This document shows, in pieces, positions 9,571-17,887 of a stretch of 43,056 bases of DNA. Source of the stretch: an uncultured Nitrososphaerota archaeon (lineage in GTDB: Archaea > Korarchaeota > Korarchaeia > Korarchaeales > Korarchaeaceae). Under the pieces are notes generated by a model. That model saw only the letters and a program-made list of their open reading frames with translations. It ran no database searches and was not told the origin of the DNA. Location of the stretch: contig CAZUBM010000019.1 in assembly GCA_964618805.1 (NCBI GenBank), positions 1 to 43,056 of the forward strand, given 5' to 3'. Both the position numbers and the translations under genes were made by a program. How positions within the stretch are numbered: position 1 is the stretch's first letter; every line of letters starts with the position of its first letter.

Positions 9571-9655
9571 GGGGCGAGCGCTCCTCACACATCCTAGCTT
9601 TACGCTAAGTTTGTTAGAGGAAGCGCTTTCGCCTTTCGGCGAAGTTACCCGCCCC
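9571..9655 (-). ncRNA. Candidate structured small RNA (three-way junction), family unknown
   Basis: GC-rich (49/85) island with nested helices. On the minus strand it has a GAAA tetraloop and G-U wobbles, with a TTTTTATA box about 21 nt upstream. Confidence 0.6.
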
Positions 9656-9700
9656 AAAGAAAGATACTTTCGTAGTATAAAAAGGTAAGCTATAATTTAA

Positions 9701-10438
9701 TTGCTCAGAAATTCATTTTTCTTAATGGATGGTGTGCATAGGAAGGAGGTCTTGTTTATTCTTCTAGCTATTGCTGCATTTGCGATAATTTTGGGTTTGT
9801 ACACTCAAAGAAAGCCGTCAATGGCCGATAAGGAAGCAAAAGGGGTTATAGAACTGCCAAAACCAAAACTTAAAGGTAAATTGACGGTTGAGGAGGCCTT
9901 GTCGGTAAGGAGATCCATTAGAAAGTACTCTGATGAGCCCCTCACCCTAGAGGAAGTATCTCAGCTCTTATGGGCTGGTCAAGGAATAACAGCGAAATGG
10001 GGAGGCAGAACTGCTCCTTCTGCAGGAGCAACTTATCCTCTAACGCTTTATTTAGTGGTTGAAGAGGTTACAGGCCTTCAACCAGGAATTTACATTTACG
10101 AGCCAAAGGATCATATTCTCATCACACATCTGAATGGCAGCTTCAGAGAAGGGCTATATGATGCCTGTTTAAAGCAAGATTGTGTCAAGCTGGCTCCAGC
10201 ATCCATCGTTATAGTTGCGAGGTATGAGAGGACTACTCAAAGGTACGGGGAAAGGGGAATAAGATATGTTCATATAGAAGTTGGGTGCGTCGTTCAAAAC
10301 ATCTATCTTCAATGTGCATCTCTAGATCTGGCAACAGTTTGCATTGGTGCATTTGTTGACGAAGAGGTGTCTGCTATACTAAGGCTTGAGAAATCCGAGG
10401 CTCCTTTAATCGTAATGCCCGTAGGGCACAAGCCCTGA
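9701..10438 (+). CDS. SagB/ThcOx-type FMN nitroreductase-family protein with an N-terminal membrane anchor; start may be ATG 9725
   Basis: RRSIRKY, LSQLLWA.QG-like, RTAPSAGATYP and RYG.RG.RY..IE.G..QN motifs. One hydrophobic helix lies near the N-terminus. Confidence 0.85.
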   Translation: MLRNSFFLMDGVHRKEVLFILLAIAAFAIILGLYTQRKPSMADKEAKGVIELPKPKLKGKLTVEEALSVRRSIRKYSDEPLTLEEVSQLLWAGQGITAKWGGRTAPSAGATYPLTLYLVVEEVTGLQPGIYIYEPKDHILITHLNGSFREGLYDACLKQDCVKLAPASIVIVARYERTTQRYGERGIRYVHIEVGCVVQNIYLQCASLDLATVCIGAFVDEEVSAILRLEKSEAPLIVMPVGHKP

Positions 10439-10507
10439 GCCTTTTAATTCAATAAACATTGAACTATTCGGAAAAGCTTTAAATCTCGAAAATTACAAGG
10501 AAATAGA

Positions 10508-11779
10508 ATGCGAAAGCATCGTCTGCTCGTATTATTATTGCTCCTTATGAGCCTTTTAACACAGCAGACTTCGAGTTGTCCTCCAACTGGCCATCACCTC
10601 GGGGTGATAATAAGTGGTGCCTTATCTCCGGAGGAGGTATTAGCAAGGCTCCAGTTAGTTGGAATTAACGCTAGACATGAGGTAATTCAACACAAACTAA
10701 CTTCAGGTGAAGACGCTTCTTTTGAAACGGTAGTCTTCGAGTATGGCCAATGGCTTCCTACTAACCCTTTAACCGGCCAGCCTATAAGAGCTGATGCAAG
10801 GCTATACATAGGAAAAAAGAGCATGGCCCTCAAGGTTAACACTTCTCTCTCCGGATCTCCTGAACCACTTAGGAAGGCCATAGCTTTGCTATATAAGGCC
10901 AATGTGATTGATTATCTTCCGAAGCAGCAGGATTTCATTTTAACGGAGGGTAACAGAGTACCTGCAGACGTAGTTATAGCTTGGGCGAAGCAGGAGTTCG
11001 GTTATGATGTGAAGCAGCTCATTCTTAAGTGTAAGTCCTCGGGGGCAGATGTTCTAATTCCTTTTTTAATGCCCTCAAAGGAAGTCGTTGTTATAGCAAA
11101 TAATGTCGATGCTAGGCTTAGCTATTCGGTCTTAAGAGAAGCTTTAGCTTTGAAGGGTCTAAATCACTCCTTAATAAAGCCCACAGAATTCAAACAGCAC
11201 TTAGATGCTGAAATATTGATAATCCTTGGAGGTCCAGAGGCATATGAGGGCGTAGGAAATATATCCGAATTCTTCCTTTCACCCTCGGACTCGGAGTATT
11301 TGAAAAGAAAAGATAGTTCTTACATCGTTTATCTAGCTCAACCCTTGTTTGAAGGACAAAGGATATTTATTCTAGCTGGAAATGATAGATTTGACACTAA
11401 ACGAGCCGTAGAGAATTTTATAGAAGATTTTCTCGAGTGTCTATTAGAAAAAAGGCCTTCACTCAGATATGAATTTGAGACAAACCATATGCTTCCTCCA
11501 AGAAACGTTATAGTGAGAGGATATCCCTGCATGCTTTTTGTAGAAGTATTTTCGACACTAAGAACTCCTTGTTACAAGCCCATTGTGAACTTTCAAATTA
11601 AGATGAATAAAATTGAAATAAGAGTGGAGTACGTGCAGCTACCCGTTTTCTGCATCCAAGTAATAACTATGGGAGATCTAAGGATTTTCATAGAAGATCT
11701 TCTGCCAGGAAATTATGAAGTAACGATCTTCGCTCCAGAAGGAAGGTTTTTGGTGAATGTTTCGATACCGGCTTGCTAA
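10508..11779 (+). CDS. Secreted/surface protein, function unknown
   Basis: Basic-hydrophobic signal peptide MRKHRLLVLLLLLM. The IILGGPEA..GVG...LAG.DR..T module resembles S-layer/cell-wall-binding repeats. The C-terminal beta domain carries TPCY...CIQVIT. Confidence 0.55.
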   Translation: MRKHRLLVLLLLLMSLLTQQTSSCPPTGHHLGVIISGALSPEEVLARLQLVGINARHEVIQHKLTSGEDASFETVVFEYGQWLPTNPLTGQPIRADARLYIGKKSMALKVNTSLSGSPEPLRKAIALLYKANVIDYLPKQQDFILTEGNRVPADVVIAWAKQEFGYDVKQLILKCKSSGADVLIPFLMPSKEVVVIANNVDARLSYSVLREALALKGLNHSLIKPTEFKQHLDAEILIILGGPEAYEGVGNISEFFLSPSDSEYLKRKDSSYIVYLAQPLFEGQRIFILAGNDRFDTKRAVENFIEDFLECLLEKRPSLRYEFETNHMLPPRNVIVRGYPCMLFVEVFSTLRTPCYKPIVNFQIKMNKIEIRVEYVQLPVFCIQVITMGDLRIFIEDLLPGNYEVTIFAPEGRFLVNVSIPAC

Positions 11780-11790
11780 TCGGGGTTAAA

Positions 11791-12462
11791 CTATTGTAGG
11801 ATGACGGAAGGATCTGCCTCTGATATGATTTTTCCTTCTTCAATTATGTATGCTTTAGAACACACCATAGTAACCAAAAGAGCATCATGAGTCGCTATTG
11901 CTATACTCCTTCCAGAATCTCTGAGCTCTTTTAGCAGCTCCAAGATACTTTTCCTTCTCTTCCAATCCAGGTTTGCCATTGGTTCATCAAGGAGTAAATA
12001 AGAAGGCTCGACTATAAGTGCTCTGGCAAGTGCCAAGAGCTGGGCCTGACCAGCAGAAAGGGTTCTGGCATCCTTCTTGGATAGTTCTTCTATGCCTAAT
12101 TCCTTCATGAGCTTAAGTGCCCTTATTCTTGCCTCCTCTGCTGAAATACCTCTTATCCTAAGCCCAAAGATCACATTGTCTAAGACCGAACCCCTTAGGA
12201 CAATTGGATTTTCGTGAACATACACAACTTTTCTCCTAAGTTTAATTGCCTCCTTTTCTGGAAGTTTCCAAATGTTTCTACCTTCGATAAGGACTTCTCC
12301 CTTCTTTGGAGTATAGATCCCCGCCATTAATTTTAAGATGGTCGTCTTACCAGCTCCATTAGGTCCTACAAGAGCTATACATTCTTTTCCTAATGATAAG
12401 CTAGCTCCTTTAACTACTGGTTCCTTGCTGTAGCTGAAGTACACTTCTTTGAGCTTTATCAT
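11791..12462 (-). CDS. tupC: Tungstate ABC transporter ATP-binding subunit
   Basis: Walker A GPNGAGKT, signature LSAGQ and Walker B LLLDEP. It overlaps tupB by 4 bp. Confidence 0.85.
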   Translation of the reverse strand: MIKLKEVYFSYSKEPVVKGASLSLGKECIALVGPNGAGKTTILKLMAGIYTPKKGEVLIEGRNIWKLPEKEAIKLRRKVVYVHENPIVLRGSVLDNVIFGLRIRGISAEEARIRALKLMKELGIEELSKKDARTLSAGQAQLLALARALIVEPSYLLLDEPMANLDWKRRKSILELLKELRDSGRSIAIATHDALLVTMVCSKAYIIEEGKIISEADPSVILQ

Positions 12463-13097
12463 CTTTTACCACCAACCATTCTTGAGATTGCTGTTATTGA
12501 GTAAGTTATCAATAGCAGAAATCCTCCCAGTGATAGAGCAAGTCCAAATTCTCCCTTAGAGACCTCCAAGGCTATTGCTGTTGTCATGACTCTTGTGAAG
12601 CCCTTTATGTTTCCTCCTAGCATTAGAGCAACTCCTAGTTCACCTATTGCTCTGTTAAACGCGATAAGTGATGCATTCAAGAGTTTTGGAATAGTCTCCT
12701 TGATCAAAGTCGAGGAAGCCTGGTGTCTCAAAGCACCAAGAGAAATGGCAAGTTCCCAAACCTGTCTTTTCTCCCTTTCTAGTGCTTGATATGCAAAAGA
12801 TACCATAAGAGGAGTTATCAACACAGCCTGCCCAAGTGCTATGGCAAGAGGCGTGTATAGAAGCCTTAGCCCTCCTAAAGGTCCTGATCTCGAGAGCAAG
12901 AAATAAAGAGCAAGTCCAACTACAACGGTTGGAACCCCAATGAGGGCCCTAAATACATCAAGTATGAACTTCTTGCCTCTGAAATCGTCGGTCACCAGCT
13001 TGAGAGAAAGAGGGATGCCCCAAGAAGTTGCCAGTATAGCAGCCAGACCTGAGACGATTATAGACCTTGAAGCTATTTCCAGAACCTCTTTGATCAT
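12459..13097 (-). CDS. tupB: Tungstate ABC transporter permease
   Basis: P.VVVGL.LY.LLSRSGPLG, FNRAIGELG..LMLGGNI.G.TR.MTTAIALE, characteristic of TupB. Confidence 0.88.
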   Translation of the reverse strand: MIKEVLEIASRSIIVSGLAAILATSWGIPLSLKLVTDDFRGKKFILDVFRALIGVPTVVVGLALYFLLSRSGPLGGLRLLYTPLAIALGQAVLITPLMVSFAYQALEREKRQVWELAISLGALRHQASSTLIKETIPKLLNASLIAFNRAIGELGVALMLGGNIKGFTRVMTTAIALEVSKGEFGLALSLGGFLLLITYSITAISRMVGGKR

Positions 13098-13102
13098 CCT
13101 AT

Positions 13103-13990
13103 CTACCCACTAGCAAGCTGATTCCATGCTTCCCTCAAGCTACCATCTGGATCGCCGTTAGCTGGGTAAAACAGAGGGCTTCCAAATTCCGTCACCCCAT
13201 AGCTCCCTATAAAACTCTGAATCTCATCCGACAGGACGAATTGCTGGAATTTATAAGCTAACCTCTCATTAGCTCCCTTTATAACGTCAGAATTGACTAT
13301 ATAAACGCTATATACGTTCAAAAGCTCGCTTCCTTGAGTTATCAAGGGAGTCAGGTAAGATAGGTCTGAACTAAGTTTGAGGTAGGTCCCAATATCCGAT
13401 AAGGTGTAAGCCCCGTACTCATTGGCTATCATGAGGGTTTGCGCCATTCCGCTTCCTGATTCTATGTACCAATCCTTTCCAGATGGATCACGTCCAGCAA
13501 GGCTCCACAACCAAAGCTCCCTGTTATGAGTTCCTGAGTTGTCTCCTCTAGAGACGAACTTCGCACTACCAGTCTCTCCTGCTTTATAAATGGCTAGCAT
13601 GGCCTTAATTGGATCCATTCCCCTTATTCTTGCAGGATCATCCTTTGGACCTAGGATTACAAATGTGTTGTAAGCGAAGATCTCTCCGGACTTCAGAACG
13701 CCCTTTTTCAAGTACTTCTTCTCTAGATTTGGAGCATGAACGAAGACCATATCAGCATCGCCACTCTCTGCTTTTTTTAGAGCTTCTCCGCTGCCGACGG
13801 GAATGAACTCTATTATTACCTTAGGATTTCTCTCCTGAAACTTCTTTGCAAGCTCCTCCAGAAGTCCTGTGGCATACAGGCTAGTGGTTGTAGAAACTCT
13901 TAGCGTAACTGGAGCTCTTGTAACTTGCCAGACATAGGTAATAGCTATCAAGCTAAGGACCAAGACTAGAGCAAGGAATCGCTTATTCAT
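13103..13990 (-). CDS. tupA: Tungstate ABC transporter substrate-binding protein
   Basis: TupA signature STTTS, plus VHAP, FVSRGDNSGTH and Y.LSD.GT. Confidence 0.9.
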   Translation of the reverse strand: MNKRFLALVLVLSLIAITYVWQVTRAPVTLRVSTTTSLYATGLLEELAKKFQERNPKVIIEFIPVGSGEALKKAESGDADMVFVHAPNLEKKYLKKGVLKSGEIFAYNTFVILGPKDDPARIRGMDPIKAMLAIYKAGETGSAKFVSRGDNSGTHNRELWLWSLAGRDPSGKDWYIESGSGMAQTLMIANEYGAYTLSDIGTYLKLSSDLSYLTPLITQGSELLNVYSVYIVNSDVIKGANERLAYKFQQFVLSDEIQSFIGSYGVTEFGSPLFYPANGDPDGSLREAWNQLASG

Positions 13991-13997
13991 TATAATC

Positions 13998-14013
13998 TAT
14001 CCGCTATCGGATA
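13998..14013. promoter_or_regulatory. Inverted-repeat operator candidate TATCCG-ctat-CGGATA between the tupA TATA box and start codon
   Basis: Perfect 6-4-6 inverted repeat. Minus-strand TTTAAATA is at 14029-14022 and the tupA ATG at 13990. A near-copy lies at 33280-33295. Confidence 0.6.
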
Positions 14014-14055
14014 ACGTATAATATTTAAAGGTTCGCTGCTGAGCAAGCTGCTCAA

Positions 14056-14655
14056 TTAAGAGGTCACTTCGGTGGAGTCCTCCTTCACTGCAACTACATC
14101 GAACATCCCGAAGAGATCAACTCTGGCTTTTATTATCGAGAAATTATGACTTGTCAAGAGTTCGATTATTTTATCCGAGCTTAAAGGCCTCGAGTGTAAT
14201 CCAGAGGTCCTCTCCAAGAAAGAGATAAACTTTGCAAAGGGATGATCTCCACCAAGATCGAATATTGCAAGCTTACCACCGGGCTTGGTTATTCTAACTG
14301 CTTCTGAAAGAGCTTTTTCCGCTAGAGGCATGTGATGAAGAGAGTCGAAAAAGTATACCAGATCAGCAAAAGAATCCGGCAGAGGTATACTTCTAGAATC
14401 TGCTACGATCACCTCTACACTAGAATGGCATCTAAGCCTCTTCTTAGCGGCTCTAGCCATCTCATAATCCAGATCAACAAGGTATAGTCTTTCAAATGAA
14501 TTGGCCAAGATCTCTGCAGCAAGGCCATACCCTGATCCTATATCGACGCCAATAATCCAAGGCCCATGATCTTTCACTAATTTGACTAGAGGATCGTAGA
14601 TTCTCTTGCCAGAGATTTTATAGGCTATTTTGTAAACTAAGGGTGTTTTTGGCAT
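14056..14655 (-). CDS. Class I SAM-dependent methyltransferase
   Basis: Motif I VDIGSGYG, ADS..IPLPD.FADLV, LHH and KPGG.L. Confidence 0.85.
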   Translation of the reverse strand: MPKTPLVYKIAYKISGKRIYDPLVKLVKDHGPWIIGVDIGSGYGLAAEILANSFERLYLVDLDYEMARAAKKRLRCHSSVEVIVADSRSIPLPDSFADLVYFFDSLHHMPLAEKALSEAVRITKPGGKLAIFDLGGDHPFAKFISFLERTSGLHSRPLSSDKIIELLTSHNFSIIKARVDLFGMFDVVAVKEDSTEVTS

Positions 14656-14902
14656 CTTTAGTATTATGATAGCAAGCTAATTATTAACGCATATCGTTCT
14701 GTCCACGCACAAAGCACGGAAGATATCTTAAATTTCTTCAAGGCTCCCTTTCCTTTACTAGAAAGAAGATGTGCGTGCTGATTCTAACACATTTTTAAAC
14801 GACTAGTAGGTGCTTTAAGCACTTTCTCTTCAATGTAGTAGGTTTAGGCAAATCTCATCAAATCTATAATATTTCAGAAACTTACACATTTGGCGGTGGG
14901 CT

Positions 14903-16675
14903 GTGGAGGAATTCGATTTAGTTATTAACGGCGGAACCATTATAGATGGAACTGGCTCTCCTGCTTTCAAGGGATCTGTCGGAATAAAAGGGGATAAGAT
15001 AGCTTCCATGAGATCCAAAGAACTTATAGGAGCTGAGATAATAGATGCCACAAACCTAGTGGTTGCCCCTGGTTTCATAGACGTCCATTCTCATGCTGAC
15101 AAAACACTTCCAATCTTCCCTACTGCAGATAACTACGTCATGCAGGGCATAACAACGACAGTTGGAGGTAACTGCGGCAACACGATCGCTCCAATATTCG
15201 AATGGTGGCCTCCAAATATGTTTTGGGACCTTGATATAATATACGAGCTTAGCCCATACAAGTACTACTTTGACGGCATGTTTCCGGCCGACGAGGTTAA
15301 AAAGAAGATAAAAGAACGTTACAACGTCGAGATAGATTGGGGCAACTTTAAGGAATTTCTAGATTGGTTGGAAAGTAGGAAAATATCCGTTAACCACGTT
15401 CCTCTCGTTGGTCATAACACTATAAGAGCAGAAGTCATGGGCCCAGAATGGAAGAGGGACCCAACTGAGCAAGAACTAGAGAGGATGAAAGGACTTGTAA
15501 GAGAGGCCATGGAGGCTGGTGCATTTGGCCTTTCCACAGGACTTGATTATCAGCCAGGTGTCTTCTCCAAAACCGAGGAAATAATAGAGCTGGTAAAAGT
15601 TGTAAAGAAATTTGATGGCATATATGCAACTCATTGGAGAAGGACTGGGCTTAGAAGGGAGAGGACTAGGCCCATAACGGAGAAAATAAAGGGGATAATC
15701 GAGGCAGTTGAGATATCTAGAAGAACAGGTGTCCCTGTACAGATATCTCATATAACCATTGGATATACGATAATGCCCCTCCCTCCTCCAAATCTAATTG
15801 AAGCGGCTGTTGAGGCAACTCTGAACGTGATAGATAATGCTAGGAAACAGGGAATCAAAGTATGCTTTGATGTAATTCCAAACACTACAGGAGGAACCAT
15901 GACTTCAATCTATTTAGCAAATGCGTTACTCCCTTGGCTTAAGGTTGCTGGATCAAGGGAGGGTCTGGCGAATGCGCTTAAAATGAAGGATTTCAGAGAA
16001 GAGTTGAGATCTATAATAACGGCTGGCAAATGGTGGGGGATAAACCCGATAGTTAACCCTTACTGGGCTCAAACAATAAAAGTAGTTGCTTGTAAAGTCC
16101 AGAACTGGGTTGGAAAGACCATAGATGAAATAGCTAAGCTTGAAGGCATGGATGATCTAGAAGCCTTGTTTAAGGTTCTCATGGAAGATCCAGACACGAA
16201 AATCAGAAGGCTCGGCCTGAGATCTGACGACGAAATAGCGGCATTCCTGGAGCATAAGTACTGCATGGTTGGTCTAGATACATATGCTTTTGATGATAAA
16301 TGGGAGATGAAGGGACCGCCCTTTTATCTACCTCATCCAAACACATATGGAGGAATGGCAAGGTATTTCCGGAGGTACTATAGGGAGATGAGAGTTTTAA
16401 GCTTAGTTGAAGCTATAAGACGTGTTACGAGTCTTCCAGCAAAAGTCTTTGGTCTTAAAGAGAGAGGCATTCTTAGGCCAGGTGCCTATGCCGATATCGT
16501 GGTGTTTGACCCAAATACAATAAGCGATGTTGAAGATCCCTTAGAACCAAGGAGATATCCTAAGGGGATAAAATACGTCGTCGTGAACGGCAAACTTGTA
16601 GTCAAAGAGGGAAAACACACGGGAGAAAGGCCAGGAAAAGTGTTTAGGTTTAGATCCGGATCTAAGGACTTGTAA
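14903..16675 (+). CDS. N-acyl-D-amino-acid deacylase (D-aminoacylase), amidohydrolase superfamily
   Basis: PGFIDVHSH.D, QGITT.V.GNCG, GAFGLSTGL.Y.PG, PHP..YG, G.LRPG.YADIVVFDP and VVVNG...G.HTG..PG. Confidence 0.9.
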   Translation: MEEFDLVINGGTIIDGTGSPAFKGSVGIKGDKIASMRSKELIGAEIIDATNLVVAPGFIDVHSHADKTLPIFPTADNYVMQGITTTVGGNCGNTIAPIFEWWPPNMFWDLDIIYELSPYKYYFDGMFPADEVKKKIKERYNVEIDWGNFKEFLDWLESRKISVNHVPLVGHNTIRAEVMGPEWKRDPTEQELERMKGLVREAMEAGAFGLSTGLDYQPGVFSKTEEIIELVKVVKKFDGIYATHWRRTGLRRERTRPITEKIKGIIEAVEISRRTGVPVQISHITIGYTIMPLPPPNLIEAAVEATLNVIDNARKQGIKVCFDVIPNTTGGTMTSIYLANALLPWLKVAGSREGLANALKMKDFREELRSIITAGKWWGINPIVNPYWAQTIKVVACKVQNWVGKTIDEIAKLEGMDDLEALFKVLMEDPDTKIRRLGLRSDDEIAAFLEHKYCMVGLDTYAFDDKWEMKGPPFYLPHPNTYGGMARYFRRYYREMRVLSLVEAIRRVTSLPAKVFGLKERGILRPGAYADIVVFDPNTISDVEDPLEPRRYPKGIKYVVVNGKLVVKEGKHTGERPGKVFRFRSGSKDL

Positions 16676-16728
16676 TTCAGTGAACTTAAAAACTAGCGGA
16701 TAGATTGAAAGGTGCAAGGTGTGCTCAC

Positions 16729-17487
16729 GTGTGCAGGATGGCTGCAATGATCTCGTCGGAACCCTTGAAAATAAATGCCTTAGTGGGATGGCTGTCTGAC
16801 CTTGCACTCCTTAAGAACCAGTGCGATGGCTGGGGGATATCAGCATATCAACGATCCAACCTCATATTATACTTTAGAGAATCTACTCCCATATGGGAGC
16901 GACCTACCTTACACTTCCCTAAGGCAGACATCGCCATAGTCCATGCAAGAAAGGCTTCGGAGGGATCCATAAGCTTCCTCAACTCACATCCCTTTGCAAG
17001 GCTTTATAGGGGTAGGTTCTGGTCCTTCTGCCACAACGGAAGCCTTAAGAAGGAACTTCTCAAAGTCAAAAGGGGCGAACTCAGCCTTTTGGGCGAAACA
17101 GATAGTGAGCTCCTTTTCCTTTATATATTAGAGGGAATTGAAGGCTCTAACTTGAATAAGCCGGAGGAAACTCTATCTGCTTTAAGCGAGGTTGCTGGAG
17201 AGTTGAAGGATAAGAGAGAAGAGCTTAGGCTTAGTGCAGTTAACTTCCTGCTAACCGACGGATCCTCCTTGTTCGCTTTCAGAGGAGCAAGGTTGAGGGA
17301 GGAATGGTTCACTCTCTGGGTGAGGGATTTTGAGGAGAGGCTTCTTAGAAGGGATGTGAGGGGCTCCATCATTTCGTCGGAACCTATCCCTGAGAAAACC
17401 GATGAATGGACATCCATCCCGAACTGGACCCTTGTAGGAAGATGGTTTGGGCAGAACGCTCTTATGAGGGAAGAGACTAGAGTTTGA
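16729..17487 (+). CDS. Class II (Ntn) glutamine amidotransferase, YafJ/EgtC-like
   Basis: Starting at GTG 16729 puts the catalytic Cys at position 2 (M-CRM). Other motifs: DGWG, HARKAS, NSHPF, FCHNG and GETDSE. Confidence 0.85.
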   Translation: MCRMAAMISSEPLKINALVGWLSDLALLKNQCDGWGISAYQRSNLILYFRESTPIWERPTLHFPKADIAIVHARKASEGSISFLNSHPFARLYRGRFWSFCHNGSLKKELLKVKRGELSLLGETDSELLFLYILEGIEGSNLNKPEETLSALSEVAGELKDKREELRLSAVNFLLTDGSSLFAFRGARLREEWFTLWVRDFEERLLRRDVRGSIISSEPIPEKTDEWTSIPNWTLVGRWFGQNALMREETRV

Positions 17488-17687
17488 GCATAATGTGCAC
17501 CTTCTCTGATTTTAATAATTTTTTATTGTTTGAATTTACTAATTGTTAAAGAATGGCATTGTAAAGACTCAATTTTTAAAATAAGCCAATTTTATAAACG
17601 CCCGAAAACTCACAGGGGTATATATAACACATTAGATTTTTTTATATCAAATTTAGATGATAATTGGTTAAAATCCAAAAATATTTC

Positions 17688-17702
17688 CCAAAAATTTAAA
17701 TA
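17688..17702 (+). promoter_or_regulatory. Probable archaeal BRE/TATA (A-rich stretch + TTTAAATA) for the precursor-peptide operon
   Basis: TTTAAATA at 17695-17702, about 34 nt before ATG 17736, in a very AT-rich intergenic region. Confidence 0.5.
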
Positions 17703-17735
17703 GAAAAAACCTTTCTCTGCACAATATGATGTAAA

Positions 17736-17849
17736 ATGGAAGAATGGGTAGATCCAATCATTATAGGTCAAAATTTTGAAGCAGAATGTGGTAAATGCTA
17801 TGGATGTTTTTGTTGTTTTGTAAGTTATGATGGTGTAAACCCGTATTAA
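17736..17849 (+). CDS. Putative RiPP precursor peptide, 37 aa: MEEWVDPIIIGQNFEAECGKCYGCFCCFVSYDGVNPY
   Basis: Hand-translated, ATG 17736 to TAA 17849. It has an acidic leader with a WxxP motif and a core with 5 Cys (CxxCxxCxCC). It ends 38 bp before the rSAM gene on the same strand. Confidence 0.8.
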   Translation: MEEWVDPIIIGQNFEAECGKCYGCFCCFVSYDGVNPY

Positions 17850-17887
17850 CTAGTCATTTAATCAAATAATCTGATAAATACGACAAA

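Noticed and set aside
9571-9655. tRNA, 5S rRNA, SRP RNA or RNase P RNA identity for the GC-rich element
   Set aside because: No cloverleaf or T-loop GTTC. It is too short for SRP/RNase P and lacks their conserved motifs.
9701-10438. SagB/ThcOx dehydrogenase as part of an azole-RiPP pathway or of the rSAM cluster
   Set aside because: No YcaO or E1-like gene is in the window. It is 7 kb from the cluster and membrane-anchored, and standalone members are common in archaea.
17490-17735. Additional precursor peptides or a CRISPR leader/array in the AT-rich gap
   Set aside because: I noticed only trivial ORFs and no direct repeats here. No CRISPR array, cas gene, transposase or integrase was recognised anywhere in the window.
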